From the IMG/VR virus record IMGVR_UViG_3300037067_011041, positions 32,001-96,000 of that record: a DNA stretch of 64,000 bases; one strand, written 5' to 3'. The DNA comes from a virus. Taxonomy: Duplodnaviria; Caudoviricetes. The translations under genes and the position numbers were made by a program. Shown in pieces: positions 20,018-29,969 of this stretch; the first letter of the stretch is position 1, and each line of letters opens with the position of its first letter. Below the pieces are notes generated by a model that did not search any database, was not told the DNA's origin, and worked only from the letters and a program-made list of their open reading frames with translations.

Positions 20018-20752
20018 ATGGCAGGTGCCATCGCTACCCTTCTTACCACCGCGAAAACAATCTCGAAAGTCGCCACAGACATGCGTGCCAATCTACGGCA
20101 CACCTACAATGAACTAGTGGCTCTTCAGGGATTGGGCGATCCTACGTTGGCGGCCCCGTACTTGAAAGCGTCGCACGTGGAAACCATCCCGGCCCATCTC
20201 GACACGATTGCGTCCGGCAATTTCACAGTGACCATCAACTTCCCGAATTACGGCGTTGCCGTCACGACTGGAAACATTGCCTTCGACGCGGCCGAAGCCG
20301 CTATCCAGACGGCGATCGACACCGCATTGGACACCCAGGTTATCGTCGCCACGTACAATGCGGGCGACGTCGATGTTGCTCTCACAGGCAACCTGACTGA
20401 AAACGCAGCTACGATTACCGCCAACGGCGCGACCGTGAACGGCGCCTATATGCTCGTCACCACAGCAAACGCTGGCGATCTGGACGCCGACGAGTTGGCC
20501 ACACCCGTCGCTGCCACCGTGGGCACGATGAATCGGCCAGCAGAGGCCATCCTGGCTATCTATAACTGCATCACGCCTGCTGCGGCGGTAACCCCGCAAG
20601 GTCTCACGCCTGCTGTCGCTGATTATGTGACAGGCGATAACCCCCTTTCGATCAGCCCTGCTCTCAAGGCCCTGCTGATTAGCGAAGTCGAAGCCAGCGA
20701 GAACGCTGTTCTCGGGGCGGCCCTGCGAGCCATTCCCGACTGCGTGGAATAG
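20018..20752 (+). CDS. Ala/Thr-rich putative virion or surface protein
   Basis: GGAG RBS; GNFTVT and TTGNIAFDAAEAAIQTAI motif seen in virion proteins; own terminator. Confidence 0.5.
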   Translation: MAGAIATLLTTAKTISKVATDMRANLRHTYNELVALQGLGDPTLAAPYLKASHVETIPAHLDTIASGNFTVTINFPNYGVAVTTGNIAFDAAEAAIQTAIDTALDTQVIVATYNAGDVDVALTGNLTENAATITANGATVNGAYMLVTTANAGDLDADELATPVAATVGTMNRPAEAILAIYNCITPAAAVTPQGLTPAVADYVTGDNPLSISPALKALLISEVEASENAVLGAALRAIPDCVE

Positions 20753-20780
20753 GAAACATCTTCGTTACCGATGGATCGGA

Positions 20781-20809
20781 GGCGGCGGCACCGTGCCGCC
20801 GCCTTTTTT
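20781..20809 (+). terminator. Rho-independent terminator
   Basis: GGCGGCGGCA-CCG-TGCCGCCGCC followed by T6. Confidence 0.9.
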
Positions 20810-20830
20810 CGTATATTCAGGGAATTCCGC

Positions 20831-20858
20831 TTGACTTTTCAGCCGCGTGTTGTATACT
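20831..20858 (+). promoter_or_regulatory. Class-I promoter TTGACT-N16-TATACT
   Basis: Motif family; ATG at 20865. Confidence 0.85.
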
Positions 20859-20886
20859 TGAGGTATGCACCAATGAAAGGGACGCA

Positions 20887-21859
20887 ATGAAGACTGCCTT
20901 TTTGTTCAACGAGTTTGATTACGGCGTTTCGTTTTTCATCCTTGATGGCGACTATACCCATCTCGATGGAGTCTATGTCAACAGCGTCGATTGCGAGGAA
21001 GACGCGTCCAGCGAACTGACGAACCTGATGTATGACCCGGTCGACGGCCACATGTTGCATAGAAAGGCAACAAAGGACGAATTCGTGCAAGCCATCCAGA
21101 ATGGAGCCGCAATGATTGTTTGCGGGTTCATTCCATGAGTGACTCTGTTCAGTTTCAGGCCCGTATGGTGGTGTACGACGGGCTGATTCAAGACCTCGAC
21201 GTCTTCGTTTGGGAACTGGAGCCGGTTGACACAACCCGCCGAAGTGCCCGAGAGTGGGTGTATGAGCACATCACCAGTCGTCAGATACTTGACTACCTTC
21301 TCAATGATCTAGGCTGGGATGGCGAGTGCGTAGCCTTTGAAGCTGTGTTCAAAGGACGCATCGAAGGCCGGTTTGACTACTTCGATGAATGGGACGAGGA
21401 ACTTATCGTAGAAGAGCACATTTCACAGCCTCTTCCTGAGAAGTGGTTTGAATCACCCTTTGGAGACGGGCTATGAGCAACCTTCCGCATCCTTTCAACG
21501 CCGCTGATTACTACGGCCTTGTATTCATGGCCGAGTATTCGGTATGTTCTCAAGCGTCTCAGATTTGGATCGCTCGACGAGAGCCAGAGCCGCCTTATAG
21601 TAGCAGCGTCACTACTAGCGTCGCCAGACTGGTGTGGGATAAGGTCGACCCTGGAAATCAGTGGCCAGAGGCCACGATCGTTTGCCGGGACAGAGATAGC
21701 TACAACGGCACCAACCAGCTTCAATTCCTCTTCGACGCCCTTTGGCAGTTGGGCTTTCGCCCAAAGAAGAGCGATCCGTCAGGCGAAGTGCTGGCCGCCA
21801 AGGACCAGAACCTATCCGACCTGCGCACCATCCTTTTCAATCAACTGGGTATCCAATGA
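20887..21859 (+). other. Three small hypothetical CDSs (20887-21138, 21135-21476, 21473-21859)
   Basis: ATGA-coupled chain. Confidence 0.65.
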
Positions 21860-22539
21860 ACACAAACAGAGTTTTTGCCTATACGCTTTTTATGCTTGGT
21901 GTGTGGCTGCTCATCTTGGTGCTGGCCCGCCTGTGCTTTTGTGCCGAGCCTCAGCCCCTGCAACAATGTGTGAAGATACACACTGAGGACAAAGGTGGCA
22001 TGAGCAGCAGAGGGACAGGAACCTACGTCGGTCTCAGGCTTGTGGCCTCGTGCGCTCACAATGTTCGCGACCGACTGAGCGACGACAGTGTGGAAATCGA
22101 GTTCCCAAGTGGTGAGTCGCTGGCAGGTAAGGTTTTGTATTTCGATGAGACCTACGACCTGTCTCTCATTGAATTGTCCGGCACGCCGCATTGCAAGCCT
22201 CTGTACATGACGCCTGAACTAACTGAGGGCGAGCCGCTGTCGATTCAAGGGTACGCGAGCGGCTACAGGAAAGTGTGGGGAACTCTCAGTGAGAAACGAT
22301 ACGGTAAGACCGGACAATGGCGAACCATAGACGGGGCCGCTTCGCTTCAAGGCGAGTCTGGCGGCCCCGTGAGCAACAAGCATGGCGAATTCTGCGGCGT
22401 CCTTTGGGGATCAGACGGCGGCCAAACTTACTTCACTCCCGGCCGCGTGGTGATTGAGAAAATCAAGGAACTTTCCTTGCCTGTCCCGCCCATCACACCC
22501 CCCGAAAATCCGCCCAACCTTTATGGAGATATCGAATGA
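21856..22539 (+). CDS. Secreted or membrane-anchored trypsin-like serine protease (S1)
   Basis: N-terminal hydrophobic segment; triad SCAH, DLSLI, GESGGPV. Confidence 0.85.
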   Translation: MNTNRVFAYTLFMLGVWLLILVLARLCFCAEPQPLQQCVKIHTEDKGGMSSRGTGTYVGLRLVASCAHNVRDRLSDDSVEIEFPSGESLAGKVLYFDETYDLSLIELSGTPHCKPLYMTPELTEGEPLSIQGYASGYRKVWGTLSEKRYGKTGQWRTIDGAASLQGESGGPVSNKHGEFCGVLWGSDGGQTYFTPGRVVIEKIKELSLPVPPITPPENPPNLYGDIE

Positions 22540-23192
22540 ATTGGAAACATTGTGACGAGCTAAGGCCAGAGTTGCCATCGCAAGGCTTCGGCCCGGTGAT
22601 CGACGACTTGGAACGGCACTCCAACTCTGGGCACCCTATGAGGAATCGTCGAGATCCCGGCAACTGGGCACACGAGTTGTGCCACTGGGTGAACAGCCTG
22701 CTGCGGGTCGACGGGTACAACAGCTTCTACGTGCTGGGAGGCCGATATCTTACCCTACCAGAACCAAAGGTTACCATCGAGCAGGTGGCCGACAACGTCC
22801 CGGCAGACCAGCGAGGAAAAGGCTACAAGCTGTATCTCGTCACGATGCGGCGGTATTGGAACAACCAGCCGCTCTACATTCTGGATGAGGCAACGGCTTA
22901 CACGACTGGCTTGGCGCACCACGTCGAGCTAGGACAAAAGGACAATTCGCGAATGATGAGTGCCAACGAGTTTGTAGTGTACAGTAGAGTTCTACTGGAA
23001 ACTGTAAAGAGGTTGGTGCCGTCCTACGTCGACATGCCCGACCTTGAAGAGTACATCAACTGGAACGCAGGCCGCGTCGCCAGCCTTACTCGTTGTCACA
23101 ACGGGGAACGACTGGTCAAACCACCGGTAACACCCGAGATTAAACCGGCAGTCAAACCGACAGTCAAGCCAGACGACTTCAAACTCTACTAG
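22536..23192 (+). CDS. Putative zinc metalloprotease (HExxH)
   Basis: WAHELCH plus downstream ILDEATAY glutamate. Confidence 0.55.
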   Translation: MNWKHCDELRPELPSQGFGPVIDDLERHSNSGHPMRNRRDPGNWAHELCHWVNSLLRVDGYNSFYVLGGRYLTLPEPKVTIEQVADNVPADQRGKGYKLYLVTMRRYWNNQPLYILDEATAYTTGLAHHVELGQKDNSRMMSANEFVVYSRVLLETVKRLVPSYVDMPDLEEYINWNAGRVASLTRCHNGERLVKPPVTPEIKPAVKPTVKPDDFKLY

Positions 23193-23202
23193 AAAGGCCC
23201 AG

Positions 23203-24706
23203 ATGATCGAAACAATTTGCATCTCCGCTATACTGCTTGCCATCGTTTTGCTTGTGCTCGCCGCGCTCGTGCGGCTGGTTCAAAGCATGGAAGCCTGCCT
23301 GCTTTGGGCAGCCGAACCTGATCTCGAATTCAAGGCCACTCACATCCTGGCCGTCACACCCGGAACCAAGATGGAGGTGATGGTCGTTGAAGGCCACGTC
23401 ATTTATCAGTCGCCTTTCACGAATGACATTACCGATCTTGGCCTTGTGGAAGACTTCCCCGAGATCCTTTTTCCACTGGAGGCCAAGTGACAACTGCTCT
23501 CATCATTTTCTTTTGTGTCATGGTGGGCGGGCCTATGATAGGCTTATGGGTGCTCGCCATGGCAGGTATCGTTCGTCTTATTTCAGATGTTTGGAGGAAG
23601 TAGCATGGGCTGGTCCGGCGGCAGCAGGGTGATGAGCGGAATCATCGAAGCATTGAACTGCGATAATGTTGGTTTGCATCCGCTTCAACGCAGTTGGCTT
23701 TACATGGAAATCATTCCGATCTTGGAAGACGAGGATTGGGACACGATCGACGAATGCATGGGCACCGACGCTGTGTTCGATCAGGTTGTCCAGGAACTTC
23801 ACCCGGAGTGGTTTGAGTAATGAGAGAAACTAAACCAAGCTTCCACCGACCAGTTACCCGGCGGCTCATCAACTTGACGAACGACGAGTTGTCCCTGCTA
23901 TTCAAGCTGCGGGCCGACGAAGTGGCCGACAGTCTGAAGGGGCATGAATTCTGGGACGACAATCGAATTGTCTACTGGAATAAATTTATCCTCTTGCAAG
24001 ACCGTCTGTTTGAGGTTATGATGGAGATACAAAGCCGGTACCCTGCAAAGGAAGTTCGTGACTATCAGCGATTGTTGCCGGTCATGGAGCCCAACGAAGA
24101 GGTGTGACTATGATCTTTCGATATTGGGACGTGGGCGAATCCCCTTCCGGCCACCTGCCTAATCTAGGTAAGGCGTCAACCGCTCGCGTTATGCAAGCCA
24201 TTCTTATCACCGGGTCTCAATTGAGCGATCACTGTGTCGACGGCGGACAGTATGATTCTGCATCTATACGCCCTGTGTCCTATCGAGTAGCTGTGCCAAT
24301 AGGATCTGAGAAACAGTTCGAGAGTATTTCCGGGTATAGGTTGGAGGAGCCATCAGTGGTGAGCGGCCAATGAACAGGAAACGTCTGATGTCGATAATGC
24401 TGCGACCTGGAACTGACTCGCGGTGTTATGACCACAAGCACAAATACTCGCATCAAGGCAAGCGTACTGGCGCCAAGCGGGTCCGGCAAGCGATAAAAAG
24501 GGATTTGAATGAGCAAAGCTGTGAATAATGGCCCGTCTGTGTGGCGGCCAAAGATCAAGATTTGCAACTCTTGCAAACACCTGAATCGATCAGGTTGCGC
24601 CAGGTGCAATGCGACGCCCTCGTCTTGCAACAACCTGATTGGCTACGAGTACATCAACAGCCAGTGTGTATACCTTACACCTGACTGGTGTCCGGAGGAC
24701 AAATGA
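23203..24706 (+). other. Small hypothetical CDSs (23203-23490, 23605-23820, 23820-24107, 24104-24373, 24509-24706)
   Basis: Tight packing with coupled starts and stops. Confidence 0.55.
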
Positions 24707-27282
24707 GATTTCGCGAAGACGTCTACTACATTGACACGGAAACCCTTGGTTTTCACGGACTCGCCACGCTCATCCAGTGGGCCTTCGAGGACGGCGACGT
24801 TCACTTGCACAATCTCTGGGACGTGCCGGTAAAGGACACGCTTGCCCTGATTGAAGAGTTCACGCAACATACATGCGTGTTCTTCAACGCTGCGTACGAT
24901 TGGTTCCACTTGTGCAAGATCTACACAATGTGGTTGTTGCTTCCTCCGGACGCAATCCCATGCAAGCTGCCTATCGACATGCTTGTCAAGGCCGAGGATG
25001 AAGCCCGTGACGGCCCTTGCTTGAAGCCAAAGAACGTGATGGATCTTATGCTCCATTCACGCAAAGGTGAATTCCAAACCCTCATGTCGCGACATGATGT
25101 GAAGGTGACAAAGGTTCCAACCCCGCTTGCCGAGCCTTTGCGAAACAAGCTGGAAGACATGATCGAATTGGATGGCATCTTGTTCGCCAAGAGGGCCAAT
25201 CCAAATGCGCCGAAGTGGGGCGTGTACGACAGGATCAAACGTGGCAAGGAAGACACGATCGATCCGAATTTCAAAGACGTGATTCTCAAGTTCAAGCCCG
25301 CTCGCGGGTTGAAATATCTAGCCCAACACTGCCTTGGTCTGGACCCGGAGTTCCACTCATTCAAGGATGTGTATCCGGAACGAGACGGCAAGTTGTTCGA
25401 GTTGGGATACGCCCCATTCGCCAACGCCATATCGTCGGCCGAGAAAGAGTGGAAGGTATGGGACAAGAACGGAAAGCTGAAAGGGCGGGCGTGGCCCGCA
25501 TACATTTACGGAGATGTCGAACACTGGAGAACGAATGAAGAGGCACGAAGGTACGCTAGAGACGACGTCACTTACACAAGATTGCTTGACGAGTATTTCG
25601 GATTCCAGCCCGCCGGTGATACCGACTCGGTGCTCGCCTGCATGGTTGCAGCAGTCAGATGGCATGGCTTTGTCGTCGACGTTGACGCAGTCACCGAACT
25701 ACTTTCAAAATCCAGGGAGGTGCTTGCGGCATCCCCTGTAAACATCAACAAGCCGCAACAAGTAAAGCGATACATTCGTGCAGTGATGGCCGAGGAAGAG
25801 GCTATCCTGATTGACAAGTCCACAAAGAAAGCCAACCTGGAGAAGATTCGATCCGATTATGTTGTCAACCCAGACGATGTTGATCCTGATCTTGGCGGCG
25901 AGCTATGCATACGCTGCTTGGGCGAGGGAGAAGAGGCTTCTGGCCCTTGTCCGCGATGTGAGGGAAGAGGTTATCTTCCTGTCGGCCCAACTCTGGCCTC
26001 AAAACGGGCAGACGAAATCCTCAAGTGCAAAGTTGCCGCAAAGGAAAACGAACTCTATGAAAAGCTTCTCAAGGCAAGGCGCTTTCACGCAGCGTTCAAA
26101 GTCATCGGCACCTTGTCTTCGCGTATGGCGGGAGGAGAAGGACTGAATGCCCAAGGCATCAAGGGCAGCAAGGAAGTTCGTGGTGCCTTCCCGCTGAAGT
26201 GGGATGGAATGGTATTGTGTGGCGGTGACTTCGACGGATTCGAGGTTACGATCGCTGACGCTGTGTTTGGTGACGCGAAGCTTCGCGAGAACCTCCTTGC
26301 AGGTATCTCGATCCACGTCATGATGGCCGAGAAGATCTATCCGGACAAGACTCGCGAGCAAATCAAGGCCAGTAAGGGGATGGCTGATGGTGGCGACATT
26401 GACATGTACACTCGTGGTAAGCAAGCGGTGTTTGCCACGTTGTACGGCGGCGACGCCAACACGATTAACAAGAAGCTGTCCATTCCGAAGAAGATCGCTG
26501 AGGCGGCCTTCGACGCGTTCCAGGAAGAGTATCCAGGCATCAAGGAGACACGCGAGAACATCGCAAAGTCGTTTGAAGCCTTGAAGCAGCACGGTGAGAT
26601 CGGCACGGGCCATATCAGCTACACCGAACCCGCAGAGTATGTCGAGACCTTCCTTGGGTTCCGCCGATACTTCACGCTGGAAAACAAGATCGCCAAGGCC
26701 CTTTTCGATCTCGCACATGACACGCCGAAAGCTTGGCGCAAGCTTGACTGGAAAGTTGTCCGACGCGACCGAGAGCAGACGCCTGCCGGAGCGGTGTCTT
26801 CTGCCTTGTATGGGGCGGCGTTTCAGATCCAGGCCAGCACGATTCGTGCCGCCAACAATCATCTCATCCAATCCCCTGGGGCGATGATTACAAAGGACTT
26901 GCAACGGAACATCTGGGAAGTGCAACCGTACGGCGTGAACGAGTGGCGGGTGGCCCCGATGAATATTCATGACGAAGTTCTTAGCGTAACGGCGCCAGCG
27001 TATGTCGACGCAGTTACGGGCATCACCGTCAAGACTGTCGAATCGTTCCGCGATCGCGTCCCGTTGATCGGAATGTCGTGGGTCAAGTCAATGGAGAACT
27101 GGGCTGGCAAAAAGGGCGGTGAGGAAGACCTTGAGGTGCATATCACCCCAGAAGGTGTAACTGGATGGGTGAGTCTTCAAGACGATTGCTATGTCGAGCC
27201 CATCGACATTACTGAACTGGAAGCCCTCGACGAAGAGGACGACCCATGTCCAGACACAAGTTACTTAGACAGTCTTATTTGA
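24703..27282 (+). CDS. polA: Family A DNA polymerase with 3'-5' exonuclease and zinc-finger insertion
   Basis: DTET, NAAYD, YARDD exo motifs; DFDGFE (A), RGKQAVFATLYG (B), IHDE (C); GGAGGA RBS. Confidence 0.92.
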   Translation: MRFREDVYYIDTETLGFHGLATLIQWAFEDGDVHLHNLWDVPVKDTLALIEEFTQHTCVFFNAAYDWFHLCKIYTMWLLLPPDAIPCKLPIDMLVKAEDEARDGPCLKPKNVMDLMLHSRKGEFQTLMSRHDVKVTKVPTPLAEPLRNKLEDMIELDGILFAKRANPNAPKWGVYDRIKRGKEDTIDPNFKDVILKFKPARGLKYLAQHCLGLDPEFHSFKDVYPERDGKLFELGYAPFANAISSAEKEWKVWDKNGKLKGRAWPAYIYGDVEHWRTNEEARRYARDDVTYTRLLDEYFGFQPAGDTDSVLACMVAAVRWHGFVVDVDAVTELLSKSREVLAASPVNINKPQQVKRYIRAVMAEEEAILIDKSTKKANLEKIRSDYVVNPDDVDPDLGGELCIRCLGEGEEASGPCPRCEGRGYLPVGPTLASKRADEILKCKVAAKENELYEKLLKARRFHAAFKVIGTLSSRMAGGEGLNAQGIKGSKEVRGAFPLKWDGMVLCGGDFDGFEVTIADAVFGDAKLRENLLAGISIHVMMAEKIYPDKTREQIKASKGMADGGDIDMYTRGKQAVFATLYGGDANTINKKLSIPKKIAEAAFDAFQEEYPGIKETRENIAKSFEALKQHGEIGTGHISYTEPAEYVETFLGFRRYFTLENKIAKALFDLAHDTPKAWRKLDWKVVRRDREQTPAGAVSSALYGAAFQIQASTIRAANNHLIQSPGAMITKDLQRNIWEVQPYGVNEWRVAPMNIHDEVLSVTAPAYVDAVTGITVKTVESFRDRVPLIGMSWVKSMENWAGKKGGEEDLEVHITPEGVTGWVSLQDDCYVEPIDITELEALDEEDDPCPDTSYLDSLI

Positions 27283-27287
27283 GGAAC

Positions 27288-28446
27288 ATGATGGACGTAG
27301 CTATACGCGATATCTGGCGACGAATGTCCAAGCCCCCTTGGGTGACGTTGCATTGGAATGCTGGCAGTCACTGTTATGACCACATAGTGTTCTACCAGAT
27401 AGAGAACCAGAAGCGACGGCGGCGTCAAGTCGTCAAGTTTGAGGCGTGCCATATGTACAAGGCCGACGACTCGCACACAATCAGGTACATAGCAAGCGTG
27501 CTTCAAGACGGGTTGGAAGACGTCATGCGAAACACGGTTGACGCCGCTGTTGGCTCGATCGACGTTTATAGGGATGATGACTGATGGACACGATTATCTA
27601 CTTCCTTCGGAAGAAGAACACAACAGACCAATACTATCTCCGAAGAGGAGGCAGAAAGAATCTCTACGGCGATAAACGCGGCACCAGGGAGCCTGTGTGG
27701 GGATCAATGAAAAAGGCGGCCTGTTGGACTTCTCCGAACGGCCCTCGCCCGATTCGAGGTGACAACGACATCGTAGGTTTCAAACTCGGAATTGAGATAT
27801 GAGTGACTCAAACACAACTACCCGGCCGCACTGGTTAATTGAACACATACTTGGAGAGAAAATGAACGACTATCACATCGCTGCTCACAAAGCCACGAAT
27901 TACTTTGACATCCCTCGCACACTCGGCAGCTATGAGTGTGGCTGGTGGCTTCGCGGTCTTCCCCCGATGATGTATCAGCACTACGCCCAGTCGCTGGCGG
28001 TCGAGGCCGCCTTCGAGTGGAACGGAAACGACATCGATGACTTGGTCGACATCATTTACGAAAAGTTCGATGCGGCCCGGCCGGATATCGTATACACCTG
28101 CGAAGGCGCCAAGCACTTGCACGAAGAGATCGCCCTGCTTCAGCAAGAGGTAGTCCTTCTGTCCGATGGCGTGAAGATCGCCACTGCATACATCAACGCC
28201 TTGCAAGAAGTTATGGAAGGCTGAACCATGGGTCAAGACATTCCAAGCGAATATCCAGACAACAATCATCTCTGTACCGAGTACAAGTTCTACGCCCCGC
28301 CTCCGATTCAAAGCCGACTATTCCTATCGGGCGACGCGTACGGTCTGGTATTTGATCTGCGACACCCGGTTCCGAGTAGATGGTGTCAGTGGTGGCAACG
28401 CGTGTTTTTCGGTTTCCGCTGGGAAAAAGTTCGGAAACCTTCTTGA
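27288..28446 (+). other. Four small hypothetical CDSs (27288-27584, 27584-27802, 27799-28224, 28228-28446)
   Basis: Coupled ORFs. Confidence 0.55.
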
Positions 28447-28470
28447 CTTTTGCATATCTTGTGGTATACT
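28443..28470 (+). promoter_or_regulatory. Class-I promoter, leaderless (ATG at 28478)
   Basis: TTGACT-N16-TATACT with extended -10 TG. Confidence 0.85.
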
Positions 28471-28477
28471 TGTAGAT

Positions 28478-28783
28478 ATGCGTAACCCAACGGAGACGAA
28501 GACGGAGACGAACATGAACGAAAACAACCGAAGAACACTCAGGGCTCTCTTGGATATCCTAAGCGATGCCCACTTGGCAATCACTGAGCAAGGGGCCAGC
28601 GTCAATGGTGCGTTCCTCAAGTTGGATGAGAGTATCGAAGCTTCGATCGGCGTCGCTATTTATGCCAAGCGACCAAGCAGCCAAATCGATACCCTCATTG
28701 CTCTCCTGCAAGAGCAGGCACAGCGGTGCATCCGGATCGCCGAGGAACTGGAAACAGTGAAAAATAATGTGAAAGTCCCTTGA
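28478..28783 (+). CDS. Hypothetical protein
   Basis: Start placed by promoter; ends in next promoter. Confidence 0.55.
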   Translation: MRNPTETKTETNMNENNRRTLRALLDILSDAHLAITEQGASVNGAFLKLDESIEASIGVAIYAKRPSSQIDTLIALLQEQAQRCIRIAEELETVKNNVKVP

Positions 28784-28807
28784 CTTTCTCTTTGCGTGTG
28801 GTATACT
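28780..28807 (+). promoter_or_regulatory. Class-I promoter upstream of the tRNA/ncRNA region
   Basis: TTGACT-N16-TATACT. Confidence 0.85.
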
Positions 28808-28897
28808 TGAGTGTATTCAGAGCATCTTCGATAAAACGCAGAACTCGAAGACAGGAGACTCAGCTATGCCACGGGCGGGCTAAAGACCTGCTGGCAC

Positions 28898-28970
28898 TGT
28901 GCGGTAGCTCAACCGGTAGAGCAACAGATTGTTAATCTGTGGAGTGTAGGTTCAAATCCTACCCGCGCAG
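28898..28970 (+). tRNA. tRNA-Asn(GTT)
   Basis: Acceptor TGTGCGG/CCGCGCA, D arm GCTC/GAGC, anticodon ACAGA-TTGTTAA-TCTGT, T arm GTAGG-TTCAAAT-CCTAC, G73; CCA not encoded. Confidence 0.92.
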
Positions 28971-28972
28971 CT

Positions 28973-29094
28973 TCGGGAGCGGCCAAATGGAGCCACAGTT
29001 GTTTCGCCGGGGAGTCAACCCCGTGCAGGGTGGTTGGCCGGTCGACTGCAAACGGCGAATGCTTCAGCGGTGCAGCGCTGATTAAGACTCCCGA
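28973..29094 (+). ncRNA. Putative structured, possibly pseudoknotted RNA
   Basis: Nested stems TCGGGAG/CTCCCGA, TTCGCCG/CGGCGAA, TGCAG/CTGCA, TCAGCG/CGCTGA plus crossing CGGCCAA/TTGGCCG. Confidence 0.45.
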
Positions 29095-29113
29095 TAACAC
29101 AAGGAGAAGAGAA

Positions 29114-29784
29114 ATGAAGTGGGCGGCAGCCGTCATAATCGAGACATCAGAGGAGTTACTCCTTCGGGCCATGTACATACGGGCCAGCAGCCGTTATGAG
29201 GCACTTGGAAAGGCGTATGACACTGCATGTAGACTGTGGCCCGGCAGCCTGCGTGTACACGTCAACATTTGCCCAGCCGACGAGAGGCATTTAATCAACG
29301 ACCCAGAACAAGCAGAGATAGAGCCGAATGAAAATCAAAGAACTTCGTGACGCACTGAATAGGGTCGATGGCGATGCCGAGTTGACGCTGTGGTTCCACG
29401 AGAGGGGCGAGAGAGTCGAACTCGCACTCACCGAATTGGCTGTAACGGGAATGTGGCAGGCCCCAGAGAAGGGGCGGCTAACTACTGCCATATCCGATCT
29501 TCCCCTGTACGCCGAACTTACCTTCGAGATGAAATCAGATGAAGAAGAAGACTAAGCGGCACGGCAGGAAGAAGCCGTACACCATTGACGGTGTAAAGAG
29601 GCTGCCGTGCGTGCGGTGTGGCAAGCCTGCCCATGCACAATGGAACACCTGCGCCGACGGTCTTCAACGGCCAATCTGCAAGGAGTGCGACGTGCTGTTG
29701 AACTTCATTGTCTTGATGTTCATGGAAGACCCGGACATCGACGAGAAGATCGAGAAGTACGCAGCGGGCATGGAGAAGGAATAA
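29114..29784 (+). other. Three small CDSs (29114-29350, 29328-29555, 29539-29784 zinc-finger)
   Basis: AGGAG RBS; CxxC pairs in the last. Confidence 0.55.
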
Positions 29785-29789
29785 TACAC

Positions 29790-29861
29790 AGTGGACGGGA
29801 GGCAAGGCGTCTTGCGGGCCTCATAAGCCCGTAGAGGTGGGTTCGATTCCCACGTCCACAA
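29790..29861 (+). tRNA. tRNA-Met(CAT), initiator-like
   Basis: Anticodon CGGGC-CTCATAA-GCCCG; T arm GTGGG-TTCGATT-CCCAC; 1:72 mismatch and A11:U24. Confidence 0.8.
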
Positions 29862-29863
29862 CT

Positions 29864-29933
29864 TGGAGGGGCATGGCGCGACCGGGTGGATGCTAGCGGC
29901 CCGGCATGGGTGGTTCAAATCCACGCCCTCCAG
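29864..29933 (+). ncRNA. D-armless tRNA-like element (possible Ser GCT or degenerate tRNA)
   Basis: Acceptor TGGAGGG/CCCTCCA + G; T arm GTGG-TTCAAAT-CCAC; central stem CCGGG/CCCGG with loop ATGCTAG. Confidence 0.55.
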
Positions 29934-29969
29934 TTTCACTTTTACCTTTTCACTTTTCAGGAGTCACAC

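Noticed and set aside
14570-25975. Inteins or introns in helicase and polymerase
   Set aside because: Inserts are short zinc-finger segments without intein splice-junction motifs; frames are uninterrupted
28973-29094. Hammerhead ribozyme
   Set aside because: Junction lacks the CUGANGA and GAAA core
29864-29933. Amber suppressor (CTA) and stop-codon recoding
   Set aside because: CTA is off-centre in the loop; TAG ends clear genes (13318, 20752, 35012) and core genes are intact in the standard code
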